Assembly: GCA_964511175.1 (NCBI GenBank)
Contig: CAZEEI010000003.1
Coordinates: 77,716-141,715, forward strand
Source of the DNA: an uncultured Pseudomonadales bacterium
GTDB lineage: Bacteria; Patescibacteriota; Microgenomatia; UBA1400; UBA1396
Length of the DNA stretch: 64,000 bases
Direction: 5' to 3'
Part shown: in pieces, positions 8,719 through 18,095 of the stretch
Position numbering within the stretch: the first letter of the stretch is position 1
Layout: each line of letters opens with the position of its first letter
Position numbers and translations under genes: made by a program
Notes under the pieces: generated by a model
The model's input: the letters and a program-made list of their open reading frames with translations, nothing else
What the model was told of the DNA's origin: nothing
Databases searched by the model: none

Positions 8719-10347
8719 ATGGCCATTTGGTTGCGTCGCCACCCGTGGCGGGCGGTTTTACTAGCTACTTGGGGTGCCTGGTTTGCGGTATTGTGGCCGC
8801 GCTGGTTCGCGGTACGCGCCGACGGTATTTGGGCGGGCCAGCCATTTATTTGGGCAGACTGGAGCGCTCATCTCACTTACGTATCTCGTTTTCTCTATAC
8901 GCCGCCTAGCCAATGGCTGGCCCATCACCCGATCTTTTACTTAGAGAAGTGGACTTACCCGCCGCTTACCAATCTACTATCGGCTGGCTTGGCCGCTTTG
9001 GGTTTACCGCTCCAAGCCGCCATGCTTTTGCCGGTTATCGCCGGTACTATGGCCATCCTCGTTTTACTGTTTGCCTGGTTTGCGCAGCAACACCTCTCCG
9101 AAAGGGTAAGTTTTATTGGTACTTCGCTTTTTCTGTTATCCGGTTCTTGGGGCTGGCCGCTGTGGTTGTGGTCGGTTTGGCATTCGACCGATCCGGTTAG
9201 CGAAATTATTTTTCCCAGCCAACTTTATACCCAAGTTTTTGACCATTACCTAGTTTGGCTCAATCCGATCGCTGGCATGATTTTGCCGCAGCGTTCCTTT
9301 ACGGTTGGTTTTCCACTACTATTAATAATTCTCCTGATGCTCCGTCACCGCTTGGTTGACGCAGCACCAGTCACGACGCGAACCACCATAATTTGTTCTT
9401 TATTGTCCGTCGCTCTTTTTTTTACCCACACCCATAGTTTTTTGACGCTAATGATTTTATGTGCCGTTTGGGCGCTAGCCTGGCCGCGCCGTTGGCGCTG
9501 GTGGTTGGGTTACGCCTTTTTGACCGGTGCACTCACTTTTCCCTGGTATTGGCTGGTTCTACGTGGTTCAGGGGTGGTGGCCGCTTGGTCGATCGATTTG
9601 GGTTGGATGAGTCCGGAACCTTGGTCACCGCTGTCGTGGGTGTGGTTTTGGTGCAAAAACTGGGGACCGCTTTTGCCACTGGCCGCTTATGGTTGGTGGC
9701 GAACTAAACTGGCGGAACAGCGTTGGCAGTTAGGTTTTTGGGTGCTGTTTGTTTTTGCCAATATCGTTCGTACCCAAAATTACGATTGGGATAATTCGAA
9801 GTTACTCATTGTGGTACTACTGGGGTTATTACCAGCCATGTTGCAGGCACTAGGCGATCTGCGCCGCCGCCTACCGCGTTGGCTGGGGGCAGGGGTCATT
9901 GTGGTGGTGATTTTAGGTAGCATCGGCGGCGGCGCCCTAGAAGCCGTTCGTCTTTCTCAGCCGAATCGCACTTTTTGGCAGATGGCCGGTCCGGACGAAA
10001 TCGAGTTTGCCCAACAAGTTCGGGAGATAATTCCGGCGGACGAAGTAGTGCTAACTGCTGACCAGCACAATCACCCGGTACCGATGCTCGCCGGCCGGCC
10101 TGTTTTGTTGGGCTATATCGGTTGGGTGTGGAGTTATGGTTTTGACTATAATCAGTTGGAGCGCGACGTCCAAATCATGTACACCGATCCGCAGCAGTCG
10201 GCGTCTCTCCGGCAAAAGTATGGGGTGCGCTGGGTAGTGATTGGACCGGCCGAACGGCGCAAGTTTGGGCTTGGTTTGGCGCCGGAAAACAGTTGTACGG
10301 TTGCTGGGCAAAACCAAGATTACGCGCTTTATTCTTGTGCCAATTAA
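8719..10347 (+). CDS. polytopic membrane protein, probable GT-C glycosyltransferase
   Basis: WADWSAH, YPPL, LPQRSF, WDNSK, C-terminal LAGRPVLLGY..W and YGVRWVVIGPAER. Confidence 0.65.
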   Translation: MAIWLRRHPWRAVLLATWGAWFAVLWPRWFAVRADGIWAGQPFIWADWSAHLTYVSRFLYTPPSQWLAHHPIFYLEKWTYPPLTNLLSAGLAALGLPLQAAMLLPVIAGTMAILVLLFAWFAQQHLSERVSFIGTSLFLLSGSWGWPLWLWSVWHSTDPVSEIIFPSQLYTQVFDHYLVWLNPIAGMILPQRSFTVGFPLLLIILLMLRHRLVDAAPVTTRTTIICSLLSVALFFTHTHSFLTLMILCAVWALAWPRRWRWWLGYAFLTGALTFPWYWLVLRGSGVVAAWSIDLGWMSPEPWSPLSWVWFWCKNWGPLLPLAAYGWWRTKLAEQRWQLGFWVLFVFANIVRTQNYDWDNSKLLIVVLLGLLPAMLQALGDLRRRLPRWLGAGVIVVVILGSIGGGALEAVRLSQPNRTFWQMAGPDEIEFAQQVREIIPADEVVLTADQHNHPVPMLAGRPVLLGYIGWVWSYGFDYNQLERDVQIMYTDPQQSASLRQKYGVRWVVIGPAERRKFGLGLAPENSCTVAGQNQDYALYSCAN

Positions 10348-10485
10348 TGGTCCATTTATTGCTGAATCTGGAGGCTTTTCTCTCCAGGCCTAGAGCGCAA
10401 ACAATCTTTTTTCCATGTAGTAGTGTACTGATACAAGAAAAAATGATTGTTAAGTCTGGTGGGTAATGTTACAATCTCGCCAATG
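10345..10485. repeat. ~138-bp dispersed upstream element, copy 1
   Basis: aligns with 59111-59249; 32-nt identical core 10398-10429 = 59163-59194. Confidence 0.9.
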
Positions 10486-10986
10486 AACTATCAGTTTCCT
10501 GAAACAGGTTCCCATATCTTAGCGAGCGAAACATTTCGTGTTGGTGAAATAATTACCACCCTAGGTGGCCCGTACAATGAGTTGCGGGTAGCGGATTTTG
10601 TCGAAGATTCAGTGAAGTTAGCCGACGGTAGAACTTTGCATCGGATTAGAGTTTCGTTAAATGGTAGAGACGGAGATGGTCGGACGATCGATTCCTTTGA
10701 GGTAGAGCTGTTCGATCTACGCGGACCGTTGGTGGGGTCAGGCTCGGCATATCTGCGCGAAAAAATTGGAGATCTGGTTGATGCTCGTCAAACTTGGCAA
10801 GAACTGCCCCTGGCCAGGCAGGAGGCTGCGCAAAATGCTTTCTGGGAGGCGGTGAAACAAGCCGATAACCCCACCCTATCCGGTTTGGGTGATGCTACCC
10901 TCTGCTTGCCGTACCTACGCAATCAAGAGAACCGCCGCATTTTTCACCAAGCTCAGGCTACTGCAGCTAATCCAGTAGAACTATAA
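10483..10986 (+). CDS. hypothetical protein
   Basis: ATG 7 nt after TGtTACAAT; ORF-track TTG start at 10447 lies inside the repeat. Confidence 0.6.
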   Translation: MNYQFPETGSHILASETFRVGEIITTLGGPYNELRVADFVEDSVKLADGRTLHRIRVSLNGRDGDGRTIDSFEVELFDLRGPLVGSGSAYLREKIGDLVDARQTWQELPLARQEAAQNAFWEAVKQADNPTLSGLGDATLCLPYLRNQENRRIFHQAQATAANPVEL

Positions 10987-11655
10987 CCGCGCAAACTCGA
11001 TCGGGTCTAAACTAGCGTGCCCCACCAGTACCCCATTGATTTCCTTCGATTCGAGATAAGTTAAAGAGTTCTCGTGATTCACGCTGCCACCATACAATAC
11101 ACGCGTTTCGTCACGGAAAAAATTACGAATCTGCGCAACATTTTCGAGTGTCGTCGGCACAGGATCTTCGTGGCCGCCAAACGTACTGATCGCGTGCACC
11201 GGCTCATAAGCCACAATTACCCGCCGGCGCTGATCATGACTGAGTTGGTTGGATTGTTCTTTGGCTTGATCGATATCGACACAAACGATCGGTGTCAAAT
11301 CGTAGGACAGCGCCTCATCCACTTTTTGGGCGACTAATTGCGACGACTCGTGAAAATATTTACGCCGCTCCGAATGACCCAGGATGACGTACCTCACCCC
11401 CAATCCTTGCAGGGAGTAGCCGGAAACTTCACCGGTGTAAGCACCGGCATCGAATGGGCTAATATCTTGCACGCCTACCGTGTAGGCGCCAGAGGCAAAT
11501 GAACTAACCGTGGCTATTAGCGGTAGCGGTGGACAAACAACGTATTTGGCATAGTCGCGGCGTTCTTGTTGTAGGAACGTTTGGATCCAGTGTTTGGCTT
11601 CCACTAGCGTTTTGTTCGATTTCCAGTTGGCGACGACTAATTTGGTTTGTTGCAT
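10981..11655 (-). CDS. tpiA: triosephosphate isomerase
   Basis: ANWK, GAYTGE, LGHSERR, AYEPV, YGGSV. Confidence 0.95.
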   Translation of the reverse strand: MQQTKLVVANWKSNKTLVEAKHWIQTFLQQERRDYAKYVVCPPLPLIATVSSFASGAYTVGVQDISPFDAGAYTGEVSGYSLQGLGVRYVILGHSERRKYFHESSQLVAQKVDEALSYDLTPIVCVDIDQAKEQSNQLSHDQRRRVIVAYEPVHAISTFGGHEDPVPTTLENVAQIRNFFRDETRVLYGGSVNHENSLTYLESKEINGVLVGHASLDPIEFARL

Positions 11656-11708
11656 ACGGTTTTACTTTAACAGAGATGGGGGTTATAATCGAGCGAAACA
11701 GAAAAAGG

Positions 11709-12023
11709 ATGTTTATGGCCGCAGTAAGGAAGTGGAATAGAAGTGAAGTGTCAATACCCGAATCAGACCTGCAAAGCGTAACGGTTGTTTTTCGAGTGGA
11801 GATTGATGGCAAGCCACAGTTGTTTTTCCAACAGATTACGGATATAAAGACAGGTTTATCACGCCAAGATTATATCCGAGTTGCGGAGGATGCGTGGCGA
11901 AAGGCACATCCCGAACATTCAGACGCAGTACTACAGCTTGAGGATTTCGTAATAGTTAGTAAAGCAGTGCCAATCGAGTCCCCGCGCGGTGCCACTCCCT
12001 ATTATCCCTACCCCGGTCGCTAA
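11709..12023 (+). CDS. hypothetical protein
   Basis: non-overlapping part of ORF 11529-12023, divergent from tpiA. Confidence 0.5.
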   Translation: MFMAAVRKWNRSEVSIPESDLQSVTVVFRVEIDGKPQLFFQQITDIKTGLSRQDYIRVAEDAWRKAHPEHSDAVLQLEDFVIVSKAVPIESPRGATPYYPYPGR

Positions 12024-12071
12024 GTTTTTGAAGTAGAGAACCGCCCCGTGACGCGGTAAGATGGTTCGTTC

Positions 12072-13946
12072 ATGGATTATTTACAAGGTTTAAACGAGCA
12101 GCAGCTCTCGGCGGTGCAGCACGCTACTGGTCCGGCGGTGGTTTTGGCCGGGGCTGGTTCGGGCAAGACGCGGGTGCTTACGACGCGAGTGGCGCACCTC
12201 ATTACCGCTGGTATTTCTCCTCAATCGATCGTTCTACTGACTTTTACTAACAAAGCCGCCGCCGAAATGATCGCGCGGGTACAGCGCCTAACCGGAGAAT
12301 CCCTACCCTTTGCGGGTACTTTCCACCGGTTGTGCGCGCGCTTACTGCGCGCGCACGCCCCCCTGGTTGGTCTACCCAACGATTACATTATTTACGATGC
12401 CGACGACCAGCTTTCCCTAATTAAACTCATCGCTAAAGAACTAGACCTAAACCCCAAACAATACCACCCGCGCGCTTTACTCGCCGGTATCAGCGACGCT
12501 AAACAACAGTTGTTGTCGCCAGAGGAGTACAGCGAATTTGCCCGCGGTACTTGGCAGGAAACGGTAGGCCGGGTTTACCGTGTCTACGAACAGCGGCTGA
12601 ATCGTTCGGGTGTGGTCGACTTCGATAATCTTTTACTAAAAGTAGTCGAATTACTGCGTCATAACCAGGCGGTACGCGAACGTTACCAGGCTCAGTTCCA
12701 GCACGTTTTGATCGATGAGTACCAAGACACGAACGCCGCGCAATACGCCCTAACCAAATTGCTGGTTTGGCCGCAGCAAAATCTTTACGTAGTGGGTGAT
12801 GCTAGCCAAGCTATCTATGGTTGGCGTGGTGCCGACTACCGTAACCTCCTGCGGTTGAAGAATGATTTTGCCAACTTGACCGAATATCGATTGGAGCGAA
12901 ATTACCGTTCGACACCCAACATTCTCACCGCCGCCTCTGGCGTAATCAGTCACAATACTTTACATCCAGTCTTGGAACTCTGGACAGACAACAAGGATAC
13001 TCAACCAATTACGGTTTTGGAAAATACGGACGGCACGGCAGAAGCGCAGCGGATTGCTGAGCTAATCGGCAACCTGCGTGATACCCAGTCTTGGAATGAG
13101 ATAGCGGTTCTCTACCGCACCAATGCCCAGAGTCGGGAGTTTGAAGAGGCCTTATTGCAAGTGGGTATTCCCTATCAGTTAGTTGGCGGAGTGGAGTTTT
13201 ACGCTCGGCGCGAAATCAAAGATGTGTTGGCGATGCTGTCATTGCTGTTCTTGCCTACCAACGAAGTGGCTCTTGCCCGTTTGGCCAAACGCGGCAAACG
13301 GCGCTTAGCTGTTTTTCAAGCTTGGCTTGAGTCTAAACGTTCGCAGGAAGGTTGGCTCAACCAATCAACCCTAACTTTGCTGGACGAAGTTTTGGCGGCC
13401 AGTGGCTACTTGGAGCGGCTCGATCCGGATGATCCCGAAGATCTGACGCGTATCGAAAACATTCAGGAGTTGCGTTCAGTAGCCAGCCAGCTGCCGGAAT
13501 TAGCCGCCTTTTTGGAACAGATTGCTTTGGTCGAAAACGGAACCGTCGGCAGGCAGGGTGAGCCGGAGGGGCCGGCGGTGACCTTGATGTCACTCCACGC
13601 TGCCAAGGGATTGGAGTTTAATGTGGTGTTTTTAGCTGGTTTGGAAGAGGGTCTTTTTCCGCACTCGCGCTCACTGCTTGACCGGGAACAAATGGAGGAG
13701 GAGCGTCGGCTTTGTTACGTGGGGATTACTCGCGCCCGGAAGCAACTGTATTTATCTTGGGCTCACTCGCGCCTCATGCATGGCGCCTACAGTACTCAGT
13801 TGCCGGCGCGCTTTTTACAAGAGATTCCCGAATCAGTTTTGCAAACAGTGGGTGGCAAGCCACATCGTTCGGCTAATCTCAATGATCCGGACTTGTTGGC
13901 AGTGCTTTATGACGATTTGGCCATTGACGCTTGGCTGAAGAAATAA
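12072..13946 (+). CDS. pcrA: ATP-dependent DNA helicase PcrA/UvrD
   Basis: AGAGSGKTRVLT, TFTNKAA, IDEYQDTN, LERNYRST, HAAKGLEF, EEERRLCYVGITRA. Confidence 0.95.
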   Translation: MDYLQGLNEQQLSAVQHATGPAVVLAGAGSGKTRVLTTRVAHLITAGISPQSIVLLTFTNKAAAEMIARVQRLTGESLPFAGTFHRLCARLLRAHAPLVGLPNDYIIYDADDQLSLIKLIAKELDLNPKQYHPRALLAGISDAKQQLLSPEEYSEFARGTWQETVGRVYRVYEQRLNRSGVVDFDNLLLKVVELLRHNQAVRERYQAQFQHVLIDEYQDTNAAQYALTKLLVWPQQNLYVVGDASQAIYGWRGADYRNLLRLKNDFANLTEYRLERNYRSTPNILTAASGVISHNTLHPVLELWTDNKDTQPITVLENTDGTAEAQRIAELIGNLRDTQSWNEIAVLYRTNAQSREFEEALLQVGIPYQLVGGVEFYARREIKDVLAMLSLLFLPTNEVALARLAKRGKRRLAVFQAWLESKRSQEGWLNQSTLTLLDEVLAASGYLERLDPDDPEDLTRIENIQELRSVASQLPELAAFLEQIALVENGTVGRQGEPEGPAVTLMSLHAAKGLEFNVVFLAGLEEGLFPHSRSLLDREQMEEERRLCYVGITRARKQLYLSWAHSRLMHGAYSTQLPARFLQEIPESVLQTVGGKPHRSANLNDPDLLAVLYDDLAIDAWLKK

Positions 13947-13971
13947 AATCGATTTAAAGCAATAACCGACT

Positions 13972-14496
13972 TTAGTCCTGACACTGCCACGAGAACGGAT
14001 CCAGATAATTGTCCGACACAGCGTGACTCTGCGAACCATTCTGCCAGCGGCAAACTTCGTCCATCGAGAGGATTAGACTGTAATCTTTACAGAACCAATC
14101 GCGGCCTTTGGTATAAGGTTCGCCATGTCCCTGGGCTACACAGAAGCGGTAGATATCCAGGCCAACCCGATGCGGTTCTTTGACGGTAATACCACTGCTA
14201 GTAAAGGCTGGTTTGGGGCTAGTTTTACCCTCGCAGCGCCAGGACGATGGATCCAGATAGTTATTCGAAACGGCCTGACTGTTCTTACCATTCTGCCAGC
14301 GGCAGACCTCGCTCGGCGAAATAATCAGGGAATAATTACGGCAGTATTGATCCCGACCTTGAGTATAGGGCTCACCTTTGCCCAACGATTGGCAAAAACC
14401 GGCGAAGTCAGGAGTGTTATCCGCCAAAACTGGCTGGGGCAGGGCAAAAACCACCGCCAAGGCCAGGAATATTGCAGTAAGCAATTTGCGTTTCAT
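13972..14496 (-). CDS. secreted protein with two Cys-rich repeats
   Basis: signal peptide; two copies of FC...G.GEPYT.GRD..C..YSLI.S..EVCRWQNG..S.AVS.NYLDP.SW.C. Confidence 0.8.
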   Translation of the reverse strand: MKRKLLTAIFLALAVVFALPQPVLADNTPDFAGFCQSLGKGEPYTQGRDQYCRNYSLIISPSEVCRWQNGKNSQAVSNNYLDPSSWRCEGKTSPKPAFTSSGITVKEPHRVGLDIYRFCVAQGHGEPYTKGRDWFCKDYSLILSMDEVCRWQNGSQSHAVSDNYLDPFSWQCQD

Positions 14497-14594
14497 AATG
14501 GGGAAATTATACCTTTAACCAAGTATTTTGTCAAGGTTATAGGACGTAAATGCACCCGGTTTCTCCGGTCGGCTCAGCGTGCTACCATGAAAGC

Positions 14595-15626
14595 ATGATT
14601 ATCCGTGCGGTCAATAATGCCGAGCGCCTGCAGTTTAACGCCGCGGCGACCCACCCCCTACAGACCTGGGAATGGGGTGAATTCCGCCGAGCTACGGGTG
14701 TTGAAGTAGAACGGCTGGCAGTTTTTGATGACAATAGCCGTTTAATTGAGGGTATTACTACCACCTTTCACCGGGTACCGCTGTTAGGTGGGACGGCTGG
14801 TTATTACCCCAAAGGTGGTCAACCCAGTGAAGCGACTCTGCAGGCTCTCAAAACGGTGGGACAAAAGCACCATGCTCTCTTTGTCAAACTGGAACCCAAC
14901 CTGATGTATCCAGTCAACTCGGGCGCATACTACCAAGATGTGATCGATTTGATTAAAGAACAGGGCGGCGTACCGGGTCAAACCCTTTTTACGCCCTACA
15001 CTTTTGTCCTCGACCTTAACCCTGGGGTGGAAGACTTATTCAACAACTGCAAATCCAAGACGCGCTATAACATTCGAGTGGCACGCAAAAAGGGAGTGGA
15101 AATTGTCGAAGACACTTCACTACAAGGTATGGCGGATTATCTGCGCCTCCTTGCCGAAACCACCGCTCGCCAAGGTTTTTATGCCCACGGTCCGGAGTAT
15201 TTTCAAACTATGTGGCAGGTGATGGGCGAAAGCGGCATGTTACGGATTCTTAAGGCGGTTTACCAGGGGAAAGTGATTACAGCCTGGATTCTGTTTTTCC
15301 TCAACGGGGTAGGTTACTATCCCTATGGTGCCAGTTCGCGCGAATACCGGGAAGTGATGGCCAACAACCTAATGATGTGGGAGGCCTTGATGCTGGCTAA
15401 ACGCGAAGGCTGCAGTCAGTTTGATATGTGGGGTTCGCTAGGGCCCAATCCTGATCCTAACCACAAGTGGTACGGTTTTCATCGTTTCAAAGAGGGGTAC
15501 GGTGGTACCTTGATGGAATCCTTAGGTACTTACGATTTAGTGGTCAATCCGCCGGTATACCAGGTTTTTAAGGTTGGTAATGCCCTGCGCTGGGCTTGGT
15601 TGCGGTACCGCGCGCGAGGACTCTAA
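14595..15626 (+). CDS. FemABX-family peptidoglycan bridge aminoacyltransferase
   Basis: HPLQTWEWGEFR, KTRYNIRVARKKGV, YPYGAS, FDMWG, GFHRFKEGYGG. Confidence 0.9.
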   Translation: MIIRAVNNAERLQFNAAATHPLQTWEWGEFRRATGVEVERLAVFDDNSRLIEGITTTFHRVPLLGGTAGYYPKGGQPSEATLQALKTVGQKHHALFVKLEPNLMYPVNSGAYYQDVIDLIKEQGGVPGQTLFTPYTFVLDLNPGVEDLFNNCKSKTRYNIRVARKKGVEIVEDTSLQGMADYLRLLAETTARQGFYAHGPEYFQTMWQVMGESGMLRILKAVYQGKVITAWILFFLNGVGYYPYGASSREYREVMANNLMMWEALMLAKREGCSQFDMWGSLGPNPDPNHKWYGFHRFKEGYGGTLMESLGTYDLVVNPPVYQVFKVGNALRWAWLRYRARGL

Positions 15627-15627
15627 C

Positions 15628-16722
15628 ATGGAGTGGCGGCGCGAGTTACAGCGTTTAGTTTATGGTTTTTCTTTAGGGATGCTGCTGACTGCACTGGTTT
15701 TATTGGTGGGCAGTCGCATCTTAGGAAGTTTAGTGTGGACGAGATTGGGGTTGGCCAATGAGGAGTTTACCGCCGCGGCTGGCCGGGAGCCAGTGAGTAT
15801 TTTGCCAGAAATTTTGGCTGGTTATCAGGCGGCTCAGACGGGGCCACTAACGGCCAGCCGCTGGCTGATCCTCGGCAAAGATGAAGTAGCGGGCAGTGGT
15901 CGGGTGGCGGTATTAACCGACACGATGTTGGTGGCCACTTACCAACCCGCTGACGGCGTAATGAAATTATTGTCCCTGCCACGTGACTGGTACCATCCGG
16001 TTTACGCTACCAAGATTAATGCTCTCTACACTTATGGTCAGCAATATGACCCGCAGCAGCCGACCCTGCTTCTTAAAACGGCTCTGGCCGAAATGCTGGG
16101 TCTGTCTTTTGATCACATAGTTACCCTTTCGCTTGAGGATGTACGCCAGCTGATCGATATTTTAGGGGGAGTTGAAGTGGCGGTACAGCGTGGTTTTACC
16201 GATGCGCTTTTTCCCCGAGCCGGCGTGGATGTAACTAAAGTCAACGATCCGGCACTACTGTACGAAACGGTTAGTTTTACGGCCGGGTCGCAGGTAATGT
16301 CAGGAGAGACCGCTCTCAAGTTTATGCGTTCCCGCTACAGTACCGATCCCCAAGAGGGCAACGATGAGGCACGAGTAGCGCGCCAGCAACTAGTAATTAA
16401 AGCGCTGGCGGCTGACCTGATGCAACCGCGCGTCATCGGTAATCCAACTATCCTGGGTAATTTATATCGTTGGTACGCGGATCGTTGGCAGACAGAAGTG
16501 TCCTTATTCGATCTCGGTTACTTAGCCGGTGAAATAGCGGTGAGCCACCGTTCGCCGGAATTAACAAAAGTTGATTTGCCGCTAACCAATGCGCCGGTCG
16601 CCACCAACGCCGCCGCCCTTTTGATTCATCCACCCGTCGCTAAATACGGTCAGTGGGTGTATGAGGCGGCCGATCCTAGTTTTGCCGCCATCCGGCAGTT
16701 TATCCAAAGCAATGGTTTTTAG
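15628..16722 (+). CDS. LCP (LytR-CpsA-Psr) family protein
   Basis: N-terminal TM; LILGKD, LTDTM, SLPRD, KINALY, ALKFMRSR, R..RQQ. Confidence 0.9.
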   Translation: MEWRRELQRLVYGFSLGMLLTALVLLVGSRILGSLVWTRLGLANEEFTAAAGREPVSILPEILAGYQAAQTGPLTASRWLILGKDEVAGSGRVAVLTDTMLVATYQPADGVMKLLSLPRDWYHPVYATKINALYTYGQQYDPQQPTLLLKTALAEMLGLSFDHIVTLSLEDVRQLIDILGGVEVAVQRGFTDALFPRAGVDVTKVNDPALLYETVSFTAGSQVMSGETALKFMRSRYSTDPQEGNDEARVARQQLVIKALAADLMQPRVIGNPTILGNLYRWYADRWQTEVSLFDLGYLAGEIAVSHRSPELTKVDLPLTNAPVATNAAALLIHPPVAKYGQWVYEAADPSFAAIRQFIQSNGF

Positions 16723-16788
16723 TGTACAATGTCTTTTTAACCAACAATTGTTGGTGTCGGTTGGTACCTTGGTACCGAAAGGAGTCGT

Positions 16789-17025
16789 ATGGCTGTCGCT
16801 TCTTACGAAGTGAGTTCGCCAGGTGGTTTCCCGGATGAAGATACGCCAAGGACGGCGCGGGAGAAGCGGCCGTCTATTTTGGACGTGTTTCATGTTTGTC
16901 CAATCGGTGGTGTGTACCACTATCTTGAACCAGCGCTAGCCAGAATTAGTGCCGAAGTCACTGCTGCGGCGCAAAAGGCTAGTGTGGTATTGGTTAAAGG
17001 CAAGAAAGACGACTCGACGCGCTAA
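16789..17025 (+). CDS. small hypothetical protein
   Basis: AAAGGAG RBS and upstream TACAAT. Confidence 0.5.
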   Translation: MAVASYEVSSPGGFPDEDTPRTAREKRPSILDVFHVCPIGGVYHYLEPALARISAEVTAAAQKASVVLVKGKKDDSTR

Positions 17026-18095
17026 TTAGATTCGGAACTCAGCACCAACTGTGGTACGCGATCAAGTTGTTGGGGCACCTTAATCCATTTTTGTCGGGCA
17101 AATTTGAGTGCACCGACGAGGGCGACCATAGCGCCATTGTCACTGCAAAGTTTACGCGAATAGGGAAAATAGGCTTGGGCTCCAAACATTGCGGCCGTTC
17201 GCCGCAGTTGTTGGCGCAAGTGAATGTTGGCCGCCACGCCGCCTCCCACCAAAATTTGCCGAACAGGATATTGTTCCAGAGTTTTGCGCATTTTGTGAAC
17301 AATAGTTTCAATGGCGGCCCGTTGGAACGAGGCGGCCAGGTCTAGTGTTTGGATTTGCGTAAGGCGATCCGGGTGGTCGCCGGAAACTTCTTGGACTAGT
17401 CGCCGCATTGCCGTTTTGAGGCCAGAATAACTAACGTTAAGATCAGGTGTGTTGCGCATCGGGATTGGCAGGGAGTATTGTTGCGGATTACCCGCTTTGG
17501 CCAGTTGGGCGAGCGCGGCGCCACCGGGAAAACCTAAACCGAGCAAGCGCGCGACCTTGTCAAAAGCCTCACCTAAAGCGTCATCTACGGTGGCGCCGAC
17601 CACTTGGTACTTTCCCCAGCCTTCGATTAAGACGATTTCCGTGTGGCCGCCGGACACGATTAAACCCAAAGCGGGGAAATCGATTTCTTCCTGACGAAGT
17701 GGTGCTTTTCCCAGCCGATTAGCGGCCAAGGAAGAAAGCAGGTGACCCTCCAAATGATTAACCGCGATCAAGGGTAGCTGGTGCTGGTTGGCCAACTCTT
17801 TAGCTCTGGCCAAACCGACTTCCAAACTAACCGCTAAACCAGGTCCGTAGGTAACGGCGATGGCGTCAATTTGCTGCCAGTCGATTTGCGCCCGACGCAG
17901 CGCCAAAGTTAAGACGCGGTCAAAGTTTTCTTGATGCGCGCGGCGCGCCAAGTTAGGCACCACGCCGCCCCAGCCGCGGTGAATATCGTCTTGAGAAGCA
18001 ATCACGTTGGCGAGTACCCGCGCGCCGCGCACCACTCCCACTGACGTATCGTCGCACGAAGTGTCGATGCCGATTATCAGCGGTTCGTGGTTCAT
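17022..18095 (-). CDS. tsaD: tRNA threonylcarbamoyltransferase TsaD
   Basis: IGIDTSCDDT, GGVVP, GPGL, NHLEGH, SGGHT, GEAFDK, DNGAM. Confidence 0.96.
   Translation of the reverse strand: MNHEPLIIGIDTSCDDTSVGVVRGARVLANVIASQDDIHRGWGGVVPNLARRAHQENFDRVLTLALRRAQIDWQQIDAIAVTYGPGLAVSLEVGLARAKELANQHQLPLIAVNHLEGHLLSSLAANRLGKAPLRQEEIDFPALGLIVSGGHTEIVLIEGWGKYQVVGATVDDALGEAFDKVARLLGLGFPGGAALAQLAKAGNPQQYSLPIPMRNTPDLNVSYSGLKTAMRRLVQEVSGDHPDRLTQIQTLDLAASFQRAAIETIVHKMRKTLEQYPVRQILVGGGVAANIHLRQQLRRTAAMFGAQAYFPYSRKLCSDNGAMVALVGALKFARQKWIKVPQQLDRVPQLVLSSESN

Noticed and set aside
10398-10456. Canonical integron attC site
   Set aside because: RYYYAAC left box absent, hairpin short, no intI, copies not arrayed
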